From assembly GCA_964558395.1 (NCBI GenBank), contig CAZLDS010000013.1, forward strand, positions 390-64,389: 64,000 bases of DNA, written 5' to 3'. Source of the DNA: an uncultured bacterium. Its GTDB lineage: Bacteria > Methylomirabilota > Methylomirabilia > Methylomirabilales > CSP1-5. The notes beneath the pieces were generated by a model. It did no database searches and had not been told where the DNA came from. It saw nothing but the letters and a program-made list of their open reading frames with translations. The position numbers and the translations under genes were made by a program. Shown piece by piece: positions 1 through 7,774 of this stretch (positions are counted from its first letter, which is position 1; each line of letters begins with the position of its first letter).

Positions 1-372
1 TGCGGCAAGTGCGAGATCCTCAACTATCTCGATCCCTTCACCTTCTGGTTCTTCGAAGGGAAGGTGAAGTGCGCCGGCTGCGGTGCCATCTGGGCGGTGA
101 AGATCGACAACGGGGTCCGGGTCTCGGGTCCGACCGAGGCCCAGGCGCCCCACGATAAGCTCCCCGGGTTCGCGCAGTCGAAAGACTACAAGACCAAGAT
201 CACCGACACGACCAAGGTGAATCCGCCGGTCATGGCCCGGGCCGACTTCGTCGGCAAGCCGATCCCGATCACCAAGAGCATCCGGGGCAAGCCGGTGAGC
301 GGCGCGCCGCTGAAGGCCGAGGATTTGGTCGGCAGCCGGCCGCGTTTCATCATGAAGGGGGAACCGAAGTAG
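1..372 (+). CDS. Zn-ribbon protein, 5'-truncated by window edge
   Basis: Frame is open from base 1: CGKC-EILNYLDPFTFWFFEGKVK-CAGC, two CxxC pairs; first visible gene of a co-oriented run ending in the CoA ligase. Confidence 0.6.
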   Translation, partial: CGKCEILNYLDPFTFWFFEGKVKCAGCGAIWAVKIDNGVRVSGPTEAQAPHDKLPGFAQSKDYKTKITDTTKVNPPVMARADFVGKPIPITKSIRGKPVSGAPLKAEDLVGSRPRFIMKGEPK

Positions 373-384
373 GAGCGACTATAG

Positions 385-807
385 ATGCCCAAGCCGAAAA
401 AGAGAGCGGCGGGGCGGGGTCGGCGGCGTCCTGCGAAGGCAAAAGGAGCTGCCAAAGCGCGCCGGCCAAAGCCGAAGGCCAAGAAGCCGAAGGCTAAATC
501 GGCCAAGCGGCCAACCCGGAAAGGTCGCGTCGCTCCGAAAAAGAAGGCCCGAGCGGCCCGCAAGCCCGCGGCCTCGAAACCTGCCGCGCCCAAGGCCGTT
601 CGGCCGAAACCCGCGGCCCCCGCATCTGCTCCAGTCAAGCGGAAGGAGGAGACGAGGATGGCAGGACAAAATTGCCCGATTCACAATAGCCCTGACTGCT
701 TTAAGCCGGCGCTGGATGCCCACGTTCAAAAGGCATACGACGGCTACTGCACCAAGATCGACTGGCCCTACTGGAGGATCATCCCCAAGGGATGGAAGCC
801 CAAGTAA
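385..807 (+). CDS. Lys/Ala/Pro-rich histone-H1-like N-terminus plus small Cys/His C-terminal domain
   Basis: RBS ggag before ATG 385; about 90 aa of K/A/R/P low complexity, then MAGQNCPIHNSPDC...CTKIDWPYW; second strong RBS before ATG 658. Confidence 0.6.
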   Translation: MPKPKKRAAGRGRRRPAKAKGAAKARRPKPKAKKPKAKSAKRPTRKGRVAPKKKARAARKPAASKPAAPKAVRPKPAAPASAPVKRKEETRMAGQNCPIHNSPDCFKPALDAHVQKAYDGYCTKIDWPYWRIIPKGWKPK

Positions 808-976
808 CGCTCCGAGTGGGGTGATCGATACGTGGGATAAGCCACGGCTGTGACGAGCAGCCGTGGCTTATTTGTGCCTGGGGCGATGCCTTGACCGAAC
901 CGGAAGGGCCATGGTAGGGTGACGGTGCTTTTCGGGGTATTACCATTATTCTCACCGAGGAGAGGGGGAAGATGCC

Positions 977-1351
977 ATGAAGGTCGAATTTTATTACAGC
1001 AGTAAGGACGAGCCGGCGAAGCAATACCATTGTGACAATGCGAAGGCCCTGGAACTCGCGAAGCAACTGCAGGCGAAGGGGACCGACGTCAAGATCCAGG
1101 ACTGCAGCGAGCAACCCGCCAGCTTCATGACGTACAACGCGGCGGTGACCGGGCCCAGCGCCGCCAAGCGCGCGGTCTTTGGGACCAAAGGCGCGCTAGA
1201 GGAAGACTTCGGAAAAGCCGTCCCGGCCCTGCTCGTCTTCGAAAAAGAAGGGGACCGGTACCCCACCGAGGCTTATCCTCGAATGGATAAAGAAGAGAAT
1301 AAGCTGATCGGTCCCGAGGAGGCCCTGCAGAGACTGCTGAGCACAGCCTAG
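977..1351 (+). CDS. Hypothetical protein, possibly thioredoxin-like fold
   Basis: RBS gagggggaag; 124 aa, normal composition, 13 bp from the ligase; VPALLVF strand motif. Confidence 0.65.
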   Translation: MKVEFYYSSKDEPAKQYHCDNAKALELAKQLQAKGTDVKIQDCSEQPASFMTYNAAVTGPSAAKRAVFGTKGALEEDFGKAVPALLVFEKEGDRYPTEAYPRMDKEENKLIGPEEALQRLLSTA

Positions 1352-1364
1352 AGGAGGAGGTATC

Positions 1365-3041
1365 ATGGGCAAGGTTCCGGAAGGATGTCTTCCGCCCCAA
1401 GAGCTGTGGCCGGCCCGGATCTATAACCTCCCCGAGTACAAGGCCTACCCGCAGAAATTCAACAGTACCGAAGAGCTGCTGGACAAGCAGGTAGCCGCAG
1501 GGAAGGGAGATGGGCCCGCCATCCTCTTTGAGGATCGGAAAATCCCATACAAGGCGCTGCTCGGCATGGCCAACAAACTTGGCAGCAGCCTGAAAGCCTT
1601 GGGCATCGAGGAGGCGGACCGGGTGGCCTTGCGCGCCCCGAATATTCCCCCCGCGTTGGTGAGTAATTTCGCCGTCTTAAAGATCGGCGGAATCTTCCTC
1701 CCGACCTCCGCCCTCTTTTCGCGGGCCGAGATTGGTCACGTCTTTAACAATGCAGAGGTCAAGGCGGTCATCGTGGCCGGCGCGATGCTTGAGGAGCTCG
1801 AGAAGGCCAAGCCCGATTTGAAAACGTTGCAGCATATCATTGTCATTGGCGGCACGCCCGAGCAGCAGGCCGAATATAAGAAAAAAGGGTATCTCCTGTA
1901 CCAGGAGCTCGTGGATGGCGGGAAGCCGGAATGCGAACCGGTTCGCCGTGATCGGATGGATGTCTCGGTCCTGCTCTACACCTCCGGGACCACCGGTTTG
2001 CCCAAGGGGACGGTCCATTTCAATGAGGAGGCGCTGATCGTTCCCGACGGATTCGGGAAATACTGCTGGGGGGTGACCGAAAACGACGTCATCCTGAGCG
2101 CAGCGCCTATCGCGATGGCCGCCGGATACTCCGCGGTGGCTTCGATCCCCTACAGGTTCGGCGCCGCTGTCTCCATTTTTCCTCGCTTCAGCCCCGAGGG
2201 GATGCTACAGCAGATTCAAAACCACAAGGCGACGATCCTCTCGGCCCTCCCCACTGCCTATCGAAAGATGCATGAGGTTCCGGGTGCCGAGACCAAGTAC
2301 GACCTGAGTTCTCTCCGGATCTGTACGGGTGGGGGCGAGTCACTGACGGCAAAGACCTACCACGATTGGAAGGCCAAGTTCGGCCAGGAGATCTTCGAGG
2401 GGCTGGGGACCACCGAGATGATGTTTGTCTTCATCTCGGCGGCAGCCACAAAGAAGGTGAAGCCCGGATCCATCGGTCCGGCGGTTCCGGGATACGAAGT
2501 CAAGGTGATCAACGAAGAGGGGAAAGACTGCAAGCCGGGAGAAAGTGGCCAGCTCGTGGCCCGGGGCCCCACGGGGACCATGTACTGGCGCGATCCCGAG
2601 AAGCAAAAATCGGTCGTCAGGGGAGGCTGGTGCCGCGCCGGGGACATGGTCACCATGGATGAGGATGGCTACATCTGGTTCCTCTCCCGCGAGGATGATT
2701 TGATCAAGTCGTCCGGCTATCGGATTGGCCCGGAGGAGATCGAGGATGTTCTCGTCACCCACGCAGCCGTGGCGGATGCCGGCGTGGTCGGGATCCCAGA
2801 TACGGTGATGGGCCAAAAGACCAAGGCCTACGTCCAGCTCAAAGAGGGCCAGCAAGGCTCAGAGGCCCTCCAGCAGGAGCTAATCGAGTTTTGCCGGGGT
2901 AAGGTCGCCGTCTACAAGCTGCCGCGGGAGGTAGAGTTCGTGGACAAGATGCCGCGGGCAGCGGGGCCTGGCGGGCCCGGCACGGGGAAGCTCCTGCGGC
3001 GGGTCCTGAGACAGCGAGAAACAGAGAAGGCCAAGACGTAG
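1365..3041 (+). CDS. Acyl/aryl-CoA ligase (benzoate/2-aminobenzoate-CoA ligase-like ANL enzyme)
   Basis: RBS gaggagg; A3 YTSGTTGLPKG, A5 EGLGTTE, A7 RAGD, A8 REDDLIKSSGYRIGPEEIE, A10 GKLLRR. Confidence 0.9.
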   Translation: MGKVPEGCLPPQELWPARIYNLPEYKAYPQKFNSTEELLDKQVAAGKGDGPAILFEDRKIPYKALLGMANKLGSSLKALGIEEADRVALRAPNIPPALVSNFAVLKIGGIFLPTSALFSRAEIGHVFNNAEVKAVIVAGAMLEELEKAKPDLKTLQHIIVIGGTPEQQAEYKKKGYLLYQELVDGGKPECEPVRRDRMDVSVLLYTSGTTGLPKGTVHFNEEALIVPDGFGKYCWGVTENDVILSAAPIAMAAGYSAVASIPYRFGAAVSIFPRFSPEGMLQQIQNHKATILSALPTAYRKMHEVPGAETKYDLSSLRICTGGGESLTAKTYHDWKAKFGQEIFEGLGTTEMMFVFISAAATKKVKPGSIGPAVPGYEVKVINEEGKDCKPGESGQLVARGPTGTMYWRDPEKQKSVVRGGWCRAGDMVTMDEDGYIWFLSREDDLIKSSGYRIGPEEIEDVLVTHAAVADAGVVGIPDTVMGQKTKAYVQLKEGQQGSEALQQELIEFCRGKVAVYKLPREVEFVDKMPRAAGPGGPGTGKLLRRVLRQRETEKAKT

Positions 3042-3062
3042 GCGAACGGCACACGAACGCTG

Positions 3063-3099
3063 AAAGAAGGGCCCGGGAATATTCCGGGCCCTTCTTTTT
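3063..3099 (+). terminator. Intrinsic terminator after the CoA ligase
   Basis: Stem gaagggcccgg (3066-3076) / ccgggcccttc (3084-3094) followed by a T run. Confidence 0.85.
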
Positions 3100-3128
3100 G
3101 TTGCCTCGCGTAATCTGCTTTCAGTAGT

Positions 3129-3398
3129 ATGAAACTTGCATCGAGTTTTGGCAGCGACGTTTGCCTGGGAGGCCGAGTGGCGCGACTGAGCATTGAGGAC
3201 CGCAGCATCTTCCAGCTCCTCGTTCCGTGTCCGATGCATGGGATGATGATTACCATTCCCGAGTGCGAGGTATGTCCCTTTCATGGTGGCGTCTCTAAAG
3301 AGCACCACCATTTCCCCGATGATTCGTATGTGACCGGATACGTCGATTGCCGATATATTGGCGCCGAAGATGAGGAGCCGAAGGTGGAGGAGGGATGA
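3129..3398 (+). CDS. Small Cys/His-rich putative metal-binding protein
   Basis: 89 aa with CPMH...CEVCPFH...HHH...C; fills the gap between terminator and iclR promoter. Confidence 0.5.
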   Translation: MKLASSFGSDVCLGGRVARLSIEDRSIFQLLVPCPMHGMMITIPECEVCPFHGGVSKEHHHFPDDSYVTGYVDCRYIGAEDEEPKVEEG

Positions 3399-3533
3399 AG
3401 ATCGTCTGTGCGAGCTGCTGGGCCCACACTGTGCGATGACCACCTGCGCCCTTTTCGTGAAGCACGAGCATAAGGAACCCTGAGAAGCCTCACGGCCGTA
3501 CCCTTTCCTTTCACGGTGACGGTCCCTTTTTCC

Positions 3534-3562
3534 TTGACAGAACAGAATCTGCGCTGTTTAAT
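3534..3562 (+). promoter_or_regulatory. Sigma70-type promoter of iclR
   Basis: TTGACA 3534-3539, 17-bp spacer, TTTAAT 3557-3562. Confidence 0.7.
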
Positions 3563-3573
3563 GATGAGAACGT

Positions 3574-3591
3574 CGTTCTGTATGTAGAACG
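3574..3591. promoter_or_regulatory. Candidate IclR operator 1
   Basis: Spaced palindrome CGTTCT-gtatgt-AGAACG just downstream of the -10. Confidence 0.6.
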
Positions 3592-3605
3592 AATAGGAGC
3601 CATCG

Positions 3606-4379
3606 GTGGGAGAAGATCGAGTGCCGGCGGTGGAGAGCGCGGTCCGGATCCTGAAGTTTCTGAAGGATCGGAACCACCGCCCGTGGGGGGTCTCGGAGCT
3701 GAGCCGGCCCCTCCAAGTCAACAAAAGCACGTGCTTCAACATTCTCAAGTCGTTAGCCCGGCATGGCCTGGTCGCCTATGACGAAGGGACGAAGAAGTAC
3801 GGCCTGGGATCGGGTCTCATCGAACTTGGGGGGGCCGCCTCGACGGCCACCAGCCGAGCGACGGTGGGAAGGCCCTTCCTGCAGGACCTCTTTGACGAGC
3901 TGAAGTTGACATGTCTGTTGGGTCAGCGATTTCAGGACCAAGTCATCATCGTCGATCGGGTGGAGGCTCTAGATCCCTTCCGGATCACAATTCCCGTGGG
4001 TCAGGCCCTCCCCGTGGGCCAGGGTGCCCTTGGACGGTGCTTTCTCGCGTACCTTCCGGAGGCGGATCTGGACCACCTGTGGTCACAGGGTGTGCTAGAG
4101 CAGGCCGATCCCCACAGAGGGCAACCGGTCGCCCAGATCTTGAAAGCCTTGGCCAAAGTCCGGCATCACGGATTTGCCGAGAGCTTTGGAGAAATCGCCA
4201 AGGGCGTGAATGCTGTGGCCGCCCCGATCTTCGATCACCGGGGTCATGTGGCACTGGCCCTTGGGGTGATTGGGTTTGCTTCCCTGCTTCCCCCCCGCCG
4301 ACTGGCCCACTGCGGCCGAAAGCTCCGCGAGGTCTCGGGGCTTATCTCCCGCATTATGGGAGGGCAGTCAAGACCCTGA
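3606..4379 (+). CDS. IclR-family transcriptional regulator
   Basis: VPAVESAVRIL, HTH GVSELSRPLQVNKSTCFNILKSL, C-terminal GALGRCFLAY and GVNAVAAPIFD...ALALGV. Confidence 0.92.
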   Translation: MGEDRVPAVESAVRILKFLKDRNHRPWGVSELSRPLQVNKSTCFNILKSLARHGLVAYDEGTKKYGLGSGLIELGGAASTATSRATVGRPFLQDLFDELKLTCLLGQRFQDQVIIVDRVEALDPFRITIPVGQALPVGQGALGRCFLAYLPEADLDHLWSQGVLEQADPHRGQPVAQILKALAKVRHHGFAESFGEIAKGVNAVAAPIFDHRGHVALALGVIGFASLLPPRRLAHCGRKLREVSGLISRIMGGQSRP

Positions 4380-4387
4380 AGTTCCCC

Positions 4388-4416
4388 TTGACGAGACCGA
4401 ATCCAGGTGCTATTCT
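4388..4416 (+). promoter_or_regulatory. Sigma70-type promoter of the U32 operon
   Basis: TTGACG 4388-4393, 17-bp spacer, TGc-TATTCT 4411-4416. Confidence 0.7.
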
Positions 4417-4427
4417 GCCAAGGGTAT

Positions 4428-4445
4428 CGTTCTATTGGTCGAACG
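4428..4445. promoter_or_regulatory. Candidate IclR operator 2
   Basis: CGTTCT-attggt-CGAACG, same arms and spacing as operator 1, between -10 and RBS. Confidence 0.6.
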
Positions 4446-4458
4446 GACGAGGACTCCT

Positions 4459-5382
4459 ATGTCGCTTATGGGTCGGGGAATCCTCTTGGCTCCTGCAGGG
4501 AGCGTGCAGGCGGCGAAGGCCGGCCTGGAGGCCGGGGCGGACGCGATCTATGTGGGACTCAAGGGGTGGAGCCGGGGAGGAGCCCGAGGCGAGCTGACCT
4601 CAGAGGAACTCCTGCGGGTTCTGGCGCTTGCCCGCGAAATGGGAAGAGCCGTCCAGCTTGCCGTCAACACCATCCCCAAAGGGCGCGAGGTCGATTTTCT
4701 GATCGAACGCCTCGGTGAAGTTACGGGCTGGGGGATTGGGGGAGTCATCCTCAACGACCCCGGTATCCTTGCCCGCATCCACGAATGCTACCCTGACCTA
4801 CCCCTGACCGCGAGTATCGGCTGTGGCGCGCTCAATCTGGACGATGTCGCCTTGCTGGAGGAAATTGGCGCCAGCTGCATCGTCCTGCCGGGGACGCTCG
4901 ATCCTGAGGAAGTCGCCGAGATCCGGCCCCATGTCAAAGCCCAGATCGAGGTCATGATCCACATGGTGGATGAGTTTCACCAACTGGGAAAGTGCTGGAT
5001 GCCAACCTATTACCGGACGAATCCCGCTCCAATGCCGGAGATGCCGGCTGACGGTGAGCGGCTCACCGGATCGATCAAGCGGGGCGGCGTGGGTATCTGC
5101 TTCAAAGTCTGCCAACAACCCTGGACCCTCTATCTGAATGCACAGGACAAGGGAGAACGCATTCTCCCGGCCCGGCAGGTGTCGCGGGTCCCTGAGGTCG
5201 GTGCCTACATCGAGGCAGGGATCGATGTGATCAAGCTGCAGGGAAGAAGCCTCCACCCGGACCAGGTTTTTTCCCTGGTCCGGCGGTTCCGCGTGGCCAT
5301 GGACCACGTCCGAAATGGTGGTCAGGACTTCGAGTTGCTGCCGTTTGAGCTGCCGGCCTCCTGGGTGGTGGTCGGACGATGA
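4459..5382 (+). CDS. U32-family Fe-S protein, UbiU-like copy A
   Basis: Start set at ATG 4459 after gagga; LLAPAGS, GADAIYVG, ILNDPG, KCW, CFKVC, IKLQGR. Confidence 0.88.
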   Translation: MSLMGRGILLAPAGSVQAAKAGLEAGADAIYVGLKGWSRGGARGELTSEELLRVLALAREMGRAVQLAVNTIPKGREVDFLIERLGEVTGWGIGGVILNDPGILARIHECYPDLPLTASIGCGALNLDDVALLEEIGASCIVLPGTLDPEEVAEIRPHVKAQIEVMIHMVDEFHQLGKCWMPTYYRTNPAPMPEMPADGERLTGSIKRGGVGICFKVCQQPWTLYLNAQDKGERILPARQVSRVPEVGAYIEAGIDVIKLQGRSLHPDQVFSLVRRFRVAMDHVRNGGQDFELLPFELPASWVVVGR

Positions 5383-5403
5383 TTAAGCGAGGACCGATGA
5401 CAT

Positions 5404-5491
5404 TTCGAATTCCGACATTCGAATTTCGGATTTGTGGACTCCCCCTTCTTGCTCTCGGCGACTTCGGACATCGGACGTCGGACATCGGACG
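5404..5491. repeat. Heptamer tandem repeats between U32 genes
   Basis: TCGGAC(A/G) x4 at 5464-5491 plus TTCGAAT-type units. Confidence 0.8.
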
Positions 5492-5498
5492 GTGAATC

Positions 5499-6449
5499 AT
5501 GAACCCTGAACCGTTTGAACTGAATACGTCGATCTCCAATATGAAGGACCTCATGGTCTCGGACCTCGGTCCGTATGACGCGATCTACCTCGGGAATCCC
5601 TACTGTCGGGACTATGAAGCCAATTTCTTGGAAGACCTGGATGATCTGCGGGCCGGCATCCGCCGCTGCCGTGAGAAGGGCCGTAGAGTCTATCTCACGA
5701 CCTATGCGGCCCCTCGAAACTACTTCCTGCCACAAATCCGTCGGGCAATTGCCGTTGCGGCAGAGGAAGGGGTGGACGCCGTTGAGGCGCACAACCTTGG
5801 GGTGGTTCGGATCGTTCACCGGGAGTTTCCCTCCCTCGCGATCCACATCGGCGGCTTTGCCAATGTCTACACCGATGCGGGAGCCGAGGTTCTCCGCGAC
5901 TACGGCGGGACCCGCGTGACGCCCAACTACGAGCTCTCCCTGGAAGAGATGGAAGGGATGGCGAAAAGTACCCGCCTCCCGCTCGAAATCCTCGTCCACG
6001 GGAAGGTGCCGTTAGGGATCTCCGACTACTGCTTCCTGTTGGAGTTCGAAAAGGCCTGGGGGATGCCATGTCCGGATCTGTGCCAGCAGGACCTGTTCCT
6101 CCGTCAGGGGGAGTGGGCGATGAAGTCGGTAGGGAAAGGGATCCTAAGCGGTCGGGATGTCTGTATGCTGGAGCATCTGCCGCGTCTCGGGGCGGCGGGC
6201 TTTCGCGTGTTCCGAATCGAGGCAATCTCGGAGGATCCCGCGTACCGTCGAGACATCGGGGCGGTCTACCGGGAGGCCTTGGAGCACGCGTTCAGTGATG
6301 GCTACGAGATTCGTGATGCGTGGTGGCAAAAGATCCAGGCCCACGCAAAGGTAGGAGTGTGTAACGGGTTCTACTTTGGTCAATCGGGACAACTTTATAT
6401 TGGCAATCAGCAATCGGCCGTCGGCGATCAGCTCAGGATCATTTCCTAA
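5499..6449 (+). CDS. U32-family Fe-S protein, UbiV-like
   Basis: YDAIYLGNPYC, VEAHNLG, ELS, PLGISDYC-x12-C-x3-C, FRIE; Cys layout matches UbiV. Confidence 0.88.
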   Translation: MNPEPFELNTSISNMKDLMVSDLGPYDAIYLGNPYCRDYEANFLEDLDDLRAGIRRCREKGRRVYLTTYAAPRNYFLPQIRRAIAVAAEEGVDAVEAHNLGVVRIVHREFPSLAIHIGGFANVYTDAGAEVLRDYGGTRVTPNYELSLEEMEGMAKSTRLPLEILVHGKVPLGISDYCFLLEFEKAWGMPCPDLCQQDLFLRQGEWAMKSVGKGILSGRDVCMLEHLPRLGAAGFRVFRIEAISEDPAYRRDIGAVYREALEHAFSDGYEIRDAWWQKIQAHAKVGVCNGFYFGQSGQLYIGNQQSAVGDQLRIIS

Positions 6450-6485
6450 TTGCTGATGGCTGACAGTGTGAATGAGGAGGAGACG

Positions 6486-7451
6486 ATGGTCGAGCTACTC
6501 GTGCCGGCGGGCAACATCGAAATGGTCGAGGCGGCCGTAGAAAACGGCGCCAATGCCCTGTATGTCGGGCCCAAGGGATGGAGTCGGCGGCGGGATGCTT
6601 TTGAAATCACCGATGAGTCGCTGCGGGACGCTGTTCGGATTGCCCATGCCGGGAGGGTGAAGGTTCGGGCAGGAGTCAATACGCATCCCACGTCTGCGGA
6701 GCTTCCCATGCTGCTACGACGCCTCGAGGTGTGGGTCCGGGACGGCATTGACGGAGTCATACTGAGCGATGTGGGGGTCATGGCGGCAGTCCACCGGGCG
6801 TTTCCCGCCCTGACCATCCATGCAAGCATCGGGGCCAACATCCTGAATGACGAAGACATTCGCTTGTATCGAGAGATCGGGGTCAGCCAGGTCGTGGCCG
6901 ACACCAAACTCTCGCTCAAGGAGCTGAGGTCGCGCCGGGAGATCGAGGTGGGGGTTGAAGTCTTGATTCACGCCAACAAGTGCTATACGTATCTGGGCAA
7001 GTGCTGGATGTCCCCCTATCACCGCCTCGAGCGAGGCCACGATGAAACTGGGAAAGACTTCTTTAAGGGAAGTCCGAACCGGGGCGGCCTGGACTACCGT
7101 GTCTGTCTCGAGGCGTGGAGCCTCTGGCGAGGAAATCAGGACCGGTGGGCAGACCGCGTGGCGCTCAAAAATGACGCCTTCTTCCTCCTCGACGATATTC
7201 CCCCCCTGATCGACATGGGAGTCCACACGCTCAAGATCCAGGGTCGCGAGTACGCGGTCGACCTGGTGGGCCGGATGGTCAAGTTTTACCGAGACCTCAT
7301 CGACGTGTACACGGCCGATCCCCAGGGGTTTGATCTCGGGCCCTGGAAGGCACGCCTCGCCGAGATTCAGGCGCAGCGGGATCTCGAACGAGCCAAGGGA
7401 ACTTTGGGTCTCTTCGACGAAGCGAGGCAACCGGTCCGCGCGTGCCGATAA
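6486..7451 (+). CDS. U32-family Fe-S protein, UbiU-like copy B
   Basis: Start ATG 6486 after gaggagg; ELLVPAGN, GANALYVG, ILSDVG, C-x6-C, LKIQGRE. Confidence 0.9.
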   Translation: MVELLVPAGNIEMVEAAVENGANALYVGPKGWSRRRDAFEITDESLRDAVRIAHAGRVKVRAGVNTHPTSAELPMLLRRLEVWVRDGIDGVILSDVGVMAAVHRAFPALTIHASIGANILNDEDIRLYREIGVSQVVADTKLSLKELRSRREIEVGVEVLIHANKCYTYLGKCWMSPYHRLERGHDETGKDFFKGSPNRGGLDYRVCLEAWSLWRGNQDRWADRVALKNDAFFLLDDIPPLIDMGVHTLKIQGREYAVDLVGRMVKFYRDLIDVYTADPQGFDLGPWKARLAEIQAQRDLERAKGTLGLFDEARQPVRACR

Positions 7452-7503
7452 ACGCGGTTAGAAAGTCCAGAAGGGCACTGCTGAGTGGGTGTAGGAGGGA
7501 TTA

Positions 7504-7749
7504 GTGGGGTGCAAGCGGTGCGGCAACGCCGAGGCCGGACAGTTTCAGCGGGTGGACAGCTTTGAGCGGATCGCGTTGGCCGATGACCCCGCCGATCCCA
7601 ATTGCGGCCACTACTACGTCGAGGTGGTCCACGTGATGCGTTGTCCCGCCTGTGAGCATCAGCAGGAAGCCATTGCGACGCGCTGGCCGTTCCAAACCCT
7701 GCGCGAGGCGCAGACGGAACGCGATAGCCATATCATCGGCAAGGGATGA
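7504..7749 (+). CDS. Small Zn-ribbon protein
   Basis: RBS aggaggg, GTG start; CKRC...C...CPAC. Confidence 0.6.
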   Translation: MGCKRCGNAEAGQFQRVDSFERIALADDPADPNCGHYYVEVVHVMRCPACEHQQEAIATRWPFQTLREAQTERDSHIIGKG

Positions 7750-7774
7750 CCGGCACAGGGGTGGGGGAGCTCTG

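Noticed and set aside
3566-3580. LexA SOS box (GAAC-GTC-GTTC) at the iclR promoter
   Set aside because: Spacer is 3 nt, not the 4 nt of the GAAC-N4-GTTC box; better explained as overlap with the candidate IclR operator
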